From: Candidatus Parcubacteria bacterium
GTDB taxonomy: Bacteria; Patescibacteriota; Minisyncoccia; SURF-38
DNA length: 64,000 nucleotides
Assembly: GCA_003599335.1 (NCBI GenBank)
Contig: QZJN01000001.1
Span: 6,167-70,166, forward strand
Direction of reading: 5' to 3'
Part shown: piece after piece, positions 9,768 through 19,729 of the stretch
How positions within the stretch are numbered: position 1 is the stretch's first letter
Layout of the letters: each line of letters opens with the position of its first letter
The notes under the pieces: model-generated
Databases searched by the model: none
Seen by the model: the letters and a program-made list of their open reading frames with translations, nothing else
Told to the model about the DNA's origin: nothing
Program-made: the position numbers and the translations under genes

Positions 9768-9784
9768 TAGATCTCCTATATACT
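9755..9784 (+). promoter_or_regulatory. sigma70-type promoter of clpB
   Basis: TTGACA (9755-9760)-N18-TATACT (9779-9784), overlapping the CIRCE. Confidence 0.65.
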
Positions 9785-9813
9785 AAATACCAAATACTAA
9801 ATAGCAAATTATC

Positions 9814-12498
9814 GTGATGCAGTTTAATAAATTTACGCTTAAGGCTCAGGAGGCCCTTAGGCATTCTCAGGAGATTGCTTATATGAGGCGCCATCAACAG
9901 ATTGACTCTTTGCATCTTTTGACAGCGCTTTTGAGCGATGATGCCGGTGTCGTGGCTAGCGTTTTAAAAAAGCTTGAAATTGATCCGGAAGAAATAATAA
10001 TGAAGGCCGAAAGATTGCTTGAAAACCACCCAAAAATGTTGGGCGATATTCCTCTTGGTCAGATTTATTTAACTCAAGAGCTTGCTCAAGTTTTGGAGCA
10101 GGCCGTAGTTGAAGCAAATAATATCAAAGATGAATACGTTTCAACGGAGCATTTATTGCTCGCCCTTTTGGGCACGCCCGGAAAAGCAAGAAATCTTCTT
10201 GAATCATTTAAGCTTGATAGAGAGGAGATGCTTCAGGTTTTGAGCGAAGTCAGGGGAGCTTCCAGGGTGACCGATATGGAGCCCGAAGGTAAGTATCAGG
10301 TTTTGGAAAAATACGCGCGCAATCTAACAGAGTTGGCCAGGCAAAAGAAATTAGATCCGGTTATCGGTAGAGAAAACGAAGTTAGAAGAGTAATGCAGGT
10401 TCTTTCCAGAAGAACCAAAAATAACCCGGTTCTTATAGGCGAGCCGGGTACCGGCAAAACCGCCATTGTTGAGGGTTTGGCTCAAAGAATAGTGGCCGGT
10501 GATGTTCCGGAAAGCCTGAAAGACAAAGAGATTGTCGCGCTTGATCTTGGGGCTTTGGTCGCCGGTACAAAATACAGAGGAGAATTTGAAGATAGGTTAA
10601 AAGCCGTCTTGAAAGAAATAGAGCGTCAGGCTGGCAAAATCATTTTGTTTATTGATGAACTACACACGCTTATAGGGGCGGGTGCTGCCGAGGGTGCCAT
10701 AGACGCCGCTAATATGCTCAAACCGGCCTTGGCCAGAGGGGAGTTGCATGCGATTGGTGCAACCACATTGAAAGAGTATCAAAAGCATATTGAAAAGGAC
10801 CCAGCCTTAGAGCGAAGATTTCAGCCTATTTATGTTTCCGAGCCAAATGTTGACGATGCAATAGCTGTTTTGAGAGGCATAAAGGCTAAGTATGAATTGC
10901 ATCACGGAGTAAGGATAAATGATCCTGCAATTATTGCTGCCGTTAATCTTTCTAACAGGTATATAACCGACAGATTTTTGCCAGATAAAGCCATTGATTT
11001 GGTTGATGAAGCCGCGGCGGCTTTAAGGATGGAAATCGACAGTCTGCCTCAGGAGATTGATCAGTTTAAACGAGATTTGATAAAAGCCGAAATTGAAAGA
11101 GAGGCTTTAAAAAAGGAGAAAGACAAGGCTTCAAAAGAAAGATTAAAACAAATCAACAGAAAGATTGCAGACCTCAAAGAGCGCTTTGAGGGACTTGAAC
11201 TTCAATGGCGTCAGGAGAGAGATGTTATAGCTTCTATCAGAGAAACAAAAAAGAACATAGATAGTTTAAAACAAGAAGCGGATATAGCCGAACGAAAAGG
11301 AGATTTACAGAGAGTTGCCGAAATCCGCTACGGAGAGATACCTTTGTTGGATAAAAAAGTTTTGCAATCAAATAAAAAGCTAATTAATCTTCAGAAAAAG
11401 AGGCAATTTTTGACAGAGGAAGTTACGGAAGAACATATCGCTCAAGTCGTCAGCCGATGGACGGGTATTCCTGTAGCCAGAATGCTTGAGGAAGAGGCTG
11501 TGAAGTTGGGCCGGATGGAGGAAGTTTTGAAAAAAAGAGTTGTGGGGCAGGATCATGCCATTGTTGCTATTGCAAACGCTATCAGGCGATCCAGGGCCGG
11601 GTTGTCAGAGGAAAAAAGACCCATCGGTTCATTTATGTTTCTTGGTCCGACCGGGGTCGGTAAAACAGAGCTTGCTAAGGCCCTTGCCGAATTTATGTTT
11701 TCTTCGGAGAGCGCAATTATAAGGGTAGATATGTCGGAGTTTATGGAAAGACATGCTGTTTCGCGCCTGATAGGTTCTCCCCCCGGATACGTGGGCCATG
11801 AAGAGGGTGGGCAGATTTCCGATATGGTTAGGAGGCGTCCTTACAGCGTTGTGTTGTTTGATGAAATCGAAAAAGCTCATCCTGAAGTTTTCAATGTTTT
11901 GTTACAGATATTAGACGAAGGTCATTTAACCGATGCGAAGGGGAGAAAGGTTAACTTCAAAAATACCATTATTATAATGACTTCAAATATCGGTTCAGAG
12001 ATGATCCAAGAGATTGTCCAGCTTGGTTTTTCAACCGCAAAAGACGGCACCCCCAATGCTGAAGCAGCTCGCAAAGAAGAGGTTATAAGAGAAAGAATTA
12101 CGACAGCCCTAAGGGAACGTTTCAAACCCGAATTTCTTAATAGAGTTGATGAAATTGTTATGTTTAGGTCTTTGGTTCCTGAAGATTTGAGTAAAATTGT
12201 TGATTTACAACTTGGCAAAGTTGAAGAGAGGATAAAGGCCAAAAATGTTAGTTTAAAAATTACCCCTGAAGCCAAAAAGTTTTTGGCCGAAAAAGGATAC
12301 GATCCAAATTTTGGCGCAAGGCCCCTATCCCGTATTATTCAACAATTGATATTAGACCCCTTGGCCAAGCAGGTTATTGAAGGCAAGGTAAAAGAGGGAG
12401 AGGTTATAACAATTGATGCGATCGGGGATAATATAAAAATCAGCTCTAAAGGATTGAGGCTTATTGGATCAACGAGAGAGTCTTTGTTAACTAAATAA
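9814..12498 (+). CDS. clpB: ATP-dependent chaperone ClpB
   Basis: Clp N-domain, two AAA+ modules ([16 protein letters not shown]), long coiled-coil M domain with AEIRYGEIP. Confidence 0.95.
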   Translation: MMQFNKFTLKAQEALRHSQEIAYMRRHQQIDSLHLLTALLSDDAGVVASVLKKLEIDPEEIIMKAERLLENHPKMLGDIPLGQIYLTQELAQVLEQAVVEANNIKDEYVSTEHLLLALLGTPGKARNLLESFKLDREEMLQVLSEVRGASRVTDMEPEGKYQVLEKYARNLTELARQKKLDPVIGRENEVRRVMQVLSRRTKNNPVLIGEPGTGKTAIVEGLAQRIVAGDVPESLKDKEIVALDLGALVAGTKYRGEFEDRLKAVLKEIERQAGKIILFIDELHTLIGAGAAEGAIDAANMLKPALARGELHAIGATTLKEYQKHIEKDPALERRFQPIYVSEPNVDDAIAVLRGIKAKYELHHGVRINDPAIIAAVNLSNRYITDRFLPDKAIDLVDEAAAALRMEIDSLPQEIDQFKRDLIKAEIEREALKKEKDKASKERLKQINRKIADLKERFEGLELQWRQERDVIASIRETKKNIDSLKQEADIAERKGDLQRVAEIRYGEIPLLDKKVLQSNKKLINLQKKRQFLTEEVTEEHIAQVVSRWTGIPVARMLEEEAVKLGRMEEVLKKRVVGQDHAIVAIANAIRRSRAGLSEEKRPIGSFMFLGPTGVGKTELAKALAEFMFSSESAIIRVDMSEFMERHAVSRLIGSPPGYVGHEEGGQISDMVRRRPYSVVLFDEIEKAHPEVFNVLLQILDEGHLTDAKGRKVNFKNTIIIMTSNIGSEMIQEIVQLGFSTAKDGTPNAEAARKEEVIRERITTALRERFKPEFLNRVDEIVMFRSLVPEDLSKIVDLQLGKVEERIKAKNVSLKITPEAKKFLAEKGYDPNFGARPLSRIIQQLILDPLAKQVIEGKVKEGEVITIDAIGDNIKISSKGLRLIGSTRESLLTK

Positions 12499-12517
12499 TA
12501 AGGAGTTTAGAATTTTC

Positions 12518-12559
12518 AAAAACTAAAGGCGGTCTTATTGCGGCCGCCTTTAGTTTTTT
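12518..12559 (+). terminator. Rho-independent terminator after clpB
   Basis: AAAAACTAAAGGCGGTC-loop-GGCCGCCTTTAGTTTTTT. Confidence 0.85.
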
Positions 12560-12586
12560 GACACTTTTTCCTTATTTCCTTATTAT
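12558..12586 (+). promoter_or_regulatory. sigma70 promoter with tandem TTCCTTAT boxes
   Basis: TTGACA-N17-TATTAT; TTCCTTAT at 12568-12575 and 12576-12583. Confidence 0.65.
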
Positions 12587-12598
12587 TCCACTATTATT

Positions 12599-13138
12599 AT
12601 GACTAATGAGGTTGTAGGTAAACAACTTAGGGATATAAGAGACGTTTTGGCCCAACTCTCTTTTTCTTATGGGGATTTTTCTTCTGAAATATCAGATTTA
12701 GGCATTTTGATAGAATCTTTGGAGAGCGATTTAGAATCTCAATCTGGTTCGTTCAGCCCAGAGCTAAAAGAAAGTATTTATAAAAGACTGGCTTATTTGA
12801 ATGATCGGTCGAAAATAAAACCCGTTAATTTGTTTATTCTTGAAAGAGAGCTTGATTCCTTTTTCTTAAATTTATCAAAATTTTATGAAGTTAGTTCCAA
12901 CAATGAAAAGATGCATAGATTTAACAAAGAAAAAGGACTTTCAAATCGCCAGCGTGCAATTTTGAATCTTTTTTCAGCAGGAGGCCAAATTCAGCTTAAA
13001 GACATTTCTAAACACTTTCCGGACATTACTGATAGAACTTTAAGGTTTGATTTGGCCGATTTAGTTAGCTCTGGTCATTTAATTCAAAGAGGTTTTGGCA
13101 GGGGCAGCTTTTACGAGCTTAATAATAAGGAAAAATAA
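12599..13138 (+). CDS. Protein with C-terminal DeoR-like winged HTH
   Basis: LSNRQRAIL...LKDISKHFPDITDRTLRFDLADLV...GFGRGSFY. Confidence 0.8.
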   Translation: MTNEVVGKQLRDIRDVLAQLSFSYGDFSSEISDLGILIESLESDLESQSGSFSPELKESIYKRLAYLNDRSKIKPVNLFILERELDSFFLNLSKFYEVSSNNEKMHRFNKEKGLSNRQRAILNLFSAGGQIQLKDISKHFPDITDRTLRFDLADLVSSGHLIQRGFGRGSFYELNNKEK

Positions 13139-13459
13139 GGAAATTTCCTCATTACCCTGTTATAAAATATTTCGTATTTCCTTTTCTTTCTTAGTTTTTT
13201 AGATATTGAATTTTATTTTATTACTGATAATATCTTCTTACTGACAGATTATAGTTATTGTTAAATTGGTTTAGGCCATGTTTCAGATGATTTTAGAGTA
13301 TGTTGTCGGGCTTTATAGTCAATTAAAAAGGCTTTTTTAAGCCTTTTTTGGGGATTTGTAGTAAGTATTTGTTCCAAAATTCGTCATATATATTGATTGT
13401 TTTCAGGACCGTTTCTGTTTGTGGTATTTTTCTTGGCTGTTTAAAATAGGTTAAAGAGA

Positions 13460-13852
13460 AGATGTTGGGGCATAAACATCTAAAGGGTTATTAGTCAAAT
13501 ATAACTTTTGTTAGTCATCTTAATTGATGAATTTTTTTGTTCTTTCAAAATAAAAACCATTTAGTCGCTTAGTTTGTGATCCAAAAATAGTTTCTCGTTT
13601 TTTAAAGGAAATTATTTTTAGGTCATGAACAATTGTTCAAGGGCCTAAATCCGTTTCGTTTAAGCGATTCGGGTGGGAGAGTTGGTCGTTGTGATCCTTA
13701 ATTAATAATACTCGTGTAAAGGTCGACTGTCGTCGTTTTAAGAACCAACGGTTTTTAAGGCGATAGAAATACATGAGTATTTATCCGCGGGCACTACCCC
13801 GGTTAAAAATAGAGGACTCAATGTCTCTCCTAAAACTTAATATGCCCCAACA
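13460..13852 (+). ncRNA. Candidate structured leader/ncRNA upstream of the S-layer-like gene
   Basis: 12-bp perfect long-range helix (13463-13474 with 13841-13852) enclosing several nested G-U-rich helices; no ORF. Confidence 0.6.
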
Positions 13853-13885
13853 AACTATTAACTAATTAATAAAATTAACTAAAAA

Positions 13886-16800
13886 ATGTCTATTGCAAAA
13901 AGCAAAACGAGCCGAAAGGTTATCAATTCAGCCCTTTCAGCCGTTTTAGCACTCACCATAACCGTTTGGTTAGGTGGTTTTGCCTTTGTGGCGCCACGCG
14001 CAGAAGCACAAAGTTTGGCTGATTCAATTGCTGCTATTCAAGCGCAGATTGCCGCCCTGACTGCTCAGCTCAATTCTCTTTTGGCTTCATCTGGTTCAAC
14101 CTCAACTACAGTTGGAGGTTTGACCAAGAATTTAAGCCAAGGAGTAACTGATCCTGAAGTCAGTACACTGCAATCTGGTTTGAAGCAGGATCCTTCGGTT
14201 TATCCTGAAGGATTGGTAACGGGATACTTTGGTGGTTTAACCAGAGCTGCCGTTATCCGCTTCCAAGAAAAGTATGCTTCTGAAGTTTTGGCCCCAGTTG
14301 GTTTGTCGTCCGGAACCGGCTTTGTCGGTTCTTCGACAAGGGCAAAATTCAACGCTTTGTATGCAGGCACTGGCACAGGAACAGGATCTGGCCCGGTTGT
14401 TCCAACTGGCAGCCAAATTTTGGTTTCTTTGGCAGCTAATACACCTGCAGCCGGCGTTGCTCCAAAGCTTGCCTCCAATGTTCAATTTTTGGCAGTCAAT
14501 TTAACAGCTCCGTTATCCGGCGCTGTCAGAGTTGATTCCATTATTGTTCATCGAGCAGGCGCTGGTTCTCCATCAGATTTCGACAACGTTTATCTTTATG
14601 AAGGAGATACTCGTTTGACGACAGGAAGATCAGTAAACTCAAGCACAAACAATGCTGAGTTTCATTCGTTGAACTTAAACATCAATGCTGGTCAAACCCG
14701 AACAATTTGGGTTACAGCTGATTTGGCTACTGGTGCGGGAGCTGGTAACCAGAACTACTTTGAGATTGTTTCAGCCTCTTCGGTGGTTGGTTCAGCCTCT
14801 GTAGCTGGTGCTTTCCCAATCCGCGGCAACGCGGTTTCGGTTGCTAATGCTTCAGCCGGCCAGGTAACACTGGATCAAGCGGTTGATGGCACCAACCCGA
14901 AAGTTGGCGAAAAGAACCGAAGCATCGGTTCATTCCGCGTTACAGCTTCTTCGACTGAAGATGTTGAGTTGAGACGAATTGCGTTATTCCAAGCAGGTTC
15001 AGTAAGCCGATCGGCTTTGCAGAATATGAAGCTGAGATACACAGGAACAGATGTTGCATCGGTTGCGGGAGTAAACGACAAAGACCTTGCGGTTTTCGTC
15101 TTTACAACTCCTTTCTTGATAGAGAAGGGAAATTCACGCACCTTTGAAATCTTTGTTGATGTCGCAGCTGGTGCTAAGAATAACGACACCATTAAATTGT
15201 ATGTTGACGAAAAAACAGATGTTTACGCCGTTGGTCGCACATATGGCCGAGGCGTCGCTGTTGTCAATACAGCACTTGATGGTTCGGTTGCAGACACAGA
15301 TGAAGTGGATGTAACAATTGAGGGTGGTCAATTGACCATTACCTTCAACGGCCCAGCCGCCAAAGATTTGGCGCCGGATGCAGAAGATGTGGAGCTTTAT
15401 AACTTCACATTAGCCGCCGGTGTTAATCTTGAGGTTCGCGATTTGGCCCTTGCTGCAACAAGCAGCGTCAACATTAACGATTTTGATGATTTCAAGATTG
15501 TTAACGTTACAAAGGGTATTGTCGTGATGGGTCCAACAGATACATCTGCTGATGCAAGCGCTGCAAACATTACTTTCACAGATCGTTTCACAATGAATGC
15601 TGGCGAGACCAATGTTTTCTCGGTAAGAGCAGACGTGGCTCCAACAGCAGACGTTATTGACGGTCAAACCGTGAGAGTAACCTTGGGTCAGGGAACCGGT
15701 CCTTTTGGTTCAAATTCGGTCAGGAACTTGGATAACAACCAGTTCATTTCCGACATTGTGCCTTCGGGAGATATCACTGGAAACACCCACACAATTCGTG
15801 CAACAGCCTTGACATTGTCTTTGGCTGGTACACCAACTTCACAGAGCTTTGTTCGCGGAACAGGCAATGTGGATATGGTTGGCTTTAACTTTAAAGCTGG
15901 TGTTGCCCAGGATATAACCCTTACCTCGATCAAGGTAACTGGATATGGCGATGACGATACTTCCGGTATCTTCTCAGCCGGTATCTTGTTTGGCGCTTCA
16001 TCTTCAACAGTCAGCGGTAGGACGAATTCTGTTTGGTTGGTTGACCAATCAAACGGCTCGACAGTTGCTGGCCCAGAAGCTGTAAACAGCACCACAGGCG
16101 AAGCCCAGTTTAGCAGCATGAACTTCACAGTTCCTGCAGGCCAAACCAAGACTTTGGTTGTGAGATCAAATCTTGATGCTTCAGCGTTAGCCAACAGCAA
16201 CACTGACCGCATTAAGTTTGATATCGCCGCAGTTGGCGATGTTGTTGCCCGCGATCCGCAGGGTAACTCTGTTTCTGTCGGTTCGGCTGCTCCAAACAGC
16301 ACCACCGCCGATTCAGGAACTCGCATCAGCGTTGTTGACACAGGCTCTATCAGCGTAGCTTTGGCTCCAGATGACACCGAATCAGAAGCTGGTTTGGTTG
16401 TTGCCGGAAAGAGCAACGTTGTTATTGCCAAGTATCGTTACACAGCGCAAAACGAGGAATTGAAAGTTACCAAAGTGCAATTTTCAGTTGCTTCGGGCGC
16501 GTTGGATGAAGTTACACAGCTTTCAGTTTGGGATGGATCTTCGATGCTTGCGAGCATTACACCGACCCTTTCTGGTTCTTCCGGCTCGGCAGCCTTTACC
16601 AACTTGAACTTTGTTGTGCCTAAGGATGCTTCAAAGACTTTGACCGTCAAGGCCAATTTGAACACCACATCGGCTGGCGCCGATACAGGTGATGAAATTC
16701 AAGCTGTCCATGACCAGGCTAACTTTGAGGCTCGCGGTACAGCGGCTGGTTCAAGCACTGTGCTGACAAGCTCCGGAGTTGCTGCAACCGGTCTTAACGC

Positions 16801-17350
16801 GAATACCAAGTATTTCCGCAAGACCGTTCCAACGATCACTTTTGCGGCAGGCGATGCCTTGCTGACAACCGGCGAGAAATCCTTGATGAAGATCACCATT
16901 GCGGCTGATGCTTCTGAACAGGTTTCAGTCCGATCGTTTGAGTTTACGCTTTCAGTTAGCAACGCGACATTCGACACAACCAACGATAATTTCAAGGTTC
17001 GTGAGAGTGGCAACTTGCTGACAAGCACAAGCACCAACACGCAGGCTGCTGCCAACATTACTTTGACATCTGAATCAACCATTCCGGCAGGCGGTTCCAA
17101 GACTTATGAAATCTTGGGTACTGTTACCGGCGCTGGTACTGGTTCGGCTTCAGTAACAATCAAGATGGAACAATCTACAACAGAGGTTGGTCCTTCTAAC
17201 TGGAGCGCGGTCAATAGTGATGCTGGTACGCTTGATTTGGTCTGGTCTGACAATTCAGCCATTCCACATGGTTTGACTTCTGCAGACTGGTACAACGGCT
17301 TTAAGGTAAAGAACTTACCTTCGGGCACAATGGTGTTGAGCAAGAACTAA
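13886..17350 (+). CDS. Large secreted S-layer-like protein with N-terminal peptidoglycan-binding domain
   Basis: Signal peptide, IAAIQAQIAALTAQL coil, PG_binding_1-like TGYFGGLTRAAVIRFQ...GFVGSSTRAKFN, then repeated beta-sandwich units; codon usage visibly different from neighbours (TTC/AAC/ACC-rich). The S-layer role is inference. Confidence 0.75.
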   Translation: MSIAKSKTSRKVINSALSAVLALTITVWLGGFAFVAPRAEAQSLADSIAAIQAQIAALTAQLNSLLASSGSTSTTVGGLTKNLSQGVTDPEVSTLQSGLKQDPSVYPEGLVTGYFGGLTRAAVIRFQEKYASEVLAPVGLSSGTGFVGSSTRAKFNALYAGTGTGTGSGPVVPTGSQILVSLAANTPAAGVAPKLASNVQFLAVNLTAPLSGAVRVDSIIVHRAGAGSPSDFDNVYLYEGDTRLTTGRSVNSSTNNAEFHSLNLNINAGQTRTIWVTADLATGAGAGNQNYFEIVSASSVVGSASVAGAFPIRGNAVSVANASAGQVTLDQAVDGTNPKVGEKNRSIGSFRVTASSTEDVELRRIALFQAGSVSRSALQNMKLRYTGTDVASVAGVNDKDLAVFVFTTPFLIEKGNSRTFEIFVDVAAGAKNNDTIKLYVDEKTDVYAVGRTYGRGVAVVNTALDGSVADTDEVDVTIEGGQLTITFNGPAAKDLAPDAEDVELYNFTLAAGVNLEVRDLALAATSSVNINDFDDFKIVNVTKGIVVMGPTDTSADASAANITFTDRFTMNAGETNVFSVRADVAPTADVIDGQTVRVTLGQGTGPFGSNSVRNLDNNQFISDIVPSGDITGNTHTIRATALTLSLAGTPTSQSFVRGTGNVDMVGFNFKAGVAQDITLTSIKVTGYGDDDTSGIFSAGILFGASSSTVSGRTNSVWLVDQSNGSTVAGPEAVNSTTGEAQFSSMNFTVPAGQTKTLVVRSNLDASALANSNTDRIKFDIAAVGDVVARDPQGNSVSVGSAAPNSTTADSGTRISVVDTGSISVALAPDDTESEAGLVVAGKSNVVIAKYRYTAQNEELKVTKVQFSVASGALDEVTQLSVWDGSSMLASITPTLSGSSGSAAFTNLNFVVPKDASKTLTVKANLNTTSAGADTGDEIQAVHDQANFEARGTAAGSSTVLTSSGVAATGLNANTKYFRKTVPTITFAAGDALLTTGEKSLMKITIAADASEQVSVRSFEFTLSVSNATFDTTNDNFKVRESGNLLTSTSTNTQAAANITLTSESTIPAGGSKTYEILGTVTGAGTGSASVTIKMEQSTTEVGPSNWSAVNSDAGTLDLVWSDNSAIPHGLTSADWYNGFKVKNLPSGTMVLSKN

Positions 17351-17411
17351 AACTAAATAGACCGGCTATCCTACTTGTGTCCGCCAAGGGGCGGAGGGAG
17401 ATGCGCCGGAA

Positions 17412-17446
17412 AAATCAAAAAGCCGCCTTCGGGCGGCTTTTTGATT
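17412..17446 (+). terminator. Rho-independent terminator
   Basis: AAATCAAAAGCCGCC-TTCG-GGCGGCTTTTTGATTT. Confidence 0.9.
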
Positions 17447-17497
17447 TCACAAGATATCCCTTGAGAAAAAGAATTGTTTAGGTAATATATAAGGCAC

Positions 17498-19729
17498 ATG
17501 TACAACCAGCTTTCTTATCAAGGCAAGGTTTTGTTTTGGATAATAACCTCTTTGGTTTGGGCGCTTTTATTTGCGCCTTTTATTATTTCTTCACAGACAC
17601 TTTTTCCTTTTCAGGTCGGCAAGGCAATTTATTACAGGATTTTGGTTGAAATAATATTGTTTTTCTACGTCTGGTTGATATTGATTGAGCCGGCAGCCAG
17701 ACCCAAGATCAGTAAGCTTTTTTGGGCAGTTTTTATTTACCTTGGTATACTTTTGCTTTCAACGTTATTTAGTATTCACCCTTATCGTAGTTTTTGGGGA
17801 GATATTGAAAGGATGGAGGGGGTTTTTGGCATTTTGCACGGCGGAGCTTTGTTTTTAGTCCTTTTCAGTCTTTTCAGAAGAAAAGGCGATTGGCTTAAAT
17901 TTTTCAAAGTTTCTTTGTTTTTCAGTTTTTGGGTGGCTATTTATTCTTTACGTCAGAAATACGGATCCGGAGTTTTTGAGGCCGGTTCGATACAGCCGGG
18001 ATCAACTCTTGGCAATCCGGCTTTTAACGCGACGTATGTTTTGTTTCAGATGTTTTTTGCAGCGATCATTTTTTGGTGGGATCGCAATGTTTGGTGGAGA
18101 CTTTATGCCGTTTCGGCTTTTGTCTTGAATTTTATAGTTTTAATACTCACGGCCATAAGGGGAGCGCAGGTCGGTCTTTTTGCCGCTTTAGTGGTTATGG
18201 TTATTTTACTCGCAATTTATTGCACCCGTTCTGCAAGGGCAAGGGTGGCCACCGCAGCTATTCTTGTTGGTTTGTTTTTGATACCAACCGCATTGTTTTT
18301 AGGGAGAGACTCCGGGTGGATAAAAAGTATGCCGCTTGCTTTTCAGCGTTTAGCCAATATATCTCTTGAAAGAGACGCCACATTGAATACGCGCATTATT
18401 TCTTTAGGAATATCTTGGGATGCATTTAAGGAAAACCCAATTTTAGGTTATGGGCCAGAGCATTTTAGAGTTGGCTATAACAAATATTTCAATCCAAAGC
18501 ATTTAACTTTTGAGCAAGCTTGGTTTGATCGAGCACATAATAAAATTTCCGATGTTTTAGTTATGACGGGGGGACTTGGTCTTATAAGTTATCTTGCAAT
18601 TTTTGCTTTGGGTTTTTTGGGCCTCATTGGGTATATAAGACGCTCAGAACAGCAAAGAGATAGAGTTTTGGGAAGCTTGGTTGTCGGTCTTGGTGTTGCC
18701 TATTTTGTTCAAAATATATTCCTTTTTGATATGCCAATGAGTTACATTCTTTTCTTTTCAAGTTTGGCATTTGTTGGGTATTTAACCGATTCAAATAATT
18801 CCCAAAATCAACAAATTGAAGGCTCCAAAAAAGGACCAACCGGATCGTTAAAATCTGTTCATTATTTAATTTTGATAGTCGTTGGGGCTGGGGTGATTAT
18901 TGCCATAGGTTGGGGCAACTGGAAGCCCTATAACACCTCTTATTGGGGTAGGCAGGGTCTTGGAGCTGCAACGCCACAGCAAAGTTTGGATGGTTATAAA
19001 AAAGCCCTTGAATCTGGGGGTTATCCAGCTTCGGAGGTTTTGAGGGTTATGACGGATACCCTTTTGAATTCCGGTGGGGCGCGTTTAGTCGAGTGGAATG
19101 AATTATTTTATTACACAACCAATGAGATGGAAAAGTTTCTGGCAATAGAGCCCCTTGATCCGAGACAATTTATTCGTTTAGGAAAAGTTTACAACGAACA
19201 TACTGCCTTGGAGCCCCAATACACCAAAGACGCCGAAGAAGCCCTTCTTAAAGCTATTGAGCTTGCTCCAAAGCGCCCAGACGCTTATTACGAGCTTGGG
19301 GTGACTTATCTGCAAAGAAACGAAACCGAAGCCGGCCTTGCTTTGTTTCGTAAAGCTTCAGAATTTAATCCCGATAATGCTAGGGGGCATTGGACTTTAG
19401 GTTTGGCATTGATGATAGTTCAAAGGTTTGACGATGGTGTTAGAGAAATAGAGAAAGCCATTGAACTTGGTTATGAGTGGCGAACGCCGGCTGACATGAA
19501 TAATCTAGCAAGAATTTATGGAGTGGTTGGTCGTTTTGATAAGGTTGCCGAGGTTTATGAAGCGGCGATTGAAATTTATTCAAACGAACCAAGTTATCAC
19601 GCAAATTTAGCGAGTGTTTACAGACAACTTGGCAGGCTTGAAGAGGCAAAAAGAGAAGCTCAAAGAGCAGCCGAGCTTGATCCAAATTTTAAAGCAGAAG
19701 CAGAGAAGTTTATTCAAGAGCTTCAATAA
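17498..19729 (+). CDS. O-antigen ligase-like (Wzy_C) membrane protein with C-terminal TPRs
   Basis: Many TMs; STLGNP, TAIRGA, PILGYGPE, FDRAHN motifs; TPR tail. Confidence 0.85.
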   Translation: MYNQLSYQGKVLFWIITSLVWALLFAPFIISSQTLFPFQVGKAIYYRILVEIILFFYVWLILIEPAARPKISKLFWAVFIYLGILLLSTLFSIHPYRSFWGDIERMEGVFGILHGGALFLVLFSLFRRKGDWLKFFKVSLFFSFWVAIYSLRQKYGSGVFEAGSIQPGSTLGNPAFNATYVLFQMFFAAIIFWWDRNVWWRLYAVSAFVLNFIVLILTAIRGAQVGLFAALVVMVILLAIYCTRSARARVATAAILVGLFLIPTALFLGRDSGWIKSMPLAFQRLANISLERDATLNTRIISLGISWDAFKENPILGYGPEHFRVGYNKYFNPKHLTFEQAWFDRAHNKISDVLVMTGGLGLISYLAIFALGFLGLIGYIRRSEQQRDRVLGSLVVGLGVAYFVQNIFLFDMPMSYILFFSSLAFVGYLTDSNNSQNQQIEGSKKGPTGSLKSVHYLILIVVGAGVIIAIGWGNWKPYNTSYWGRQGLGAATPQQSLDGYKKALESGGYPASEVLRVMTDTLLNSGGARLVEWNELFYYTTNEMEKFLAIEPLDPRQFIRLGKVYNEHTALEPQYTKDAEEALLKAIELAPKRPDAYYELGVTYLQRNETEAGLALFRKASEFNPDNARGHWTLGLALMIVQRFDDGVREIEKAIELGYEWRTPADMNNLARIYGVVGRFDKVAEVYEAAIEIYSNEPSYHANLASVYRQLGRLEEAKREAQRAAELDPNFKAEAEKFIQELQ

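Noticed and set aside
13139-13460. AT-rich intergenic region as a replication origin
   Set aside because: No TTATCCACA-type DnaA box cluster and no dnaA/dnaN nearby.
14200-17343. Many long antisense ORFs opposite the S-layer-like gene (also opposite clpB, secA and hsdR)
   Set aside because: These are shadow ORFs produced by sense-strand codon bias; they carry no motifs.
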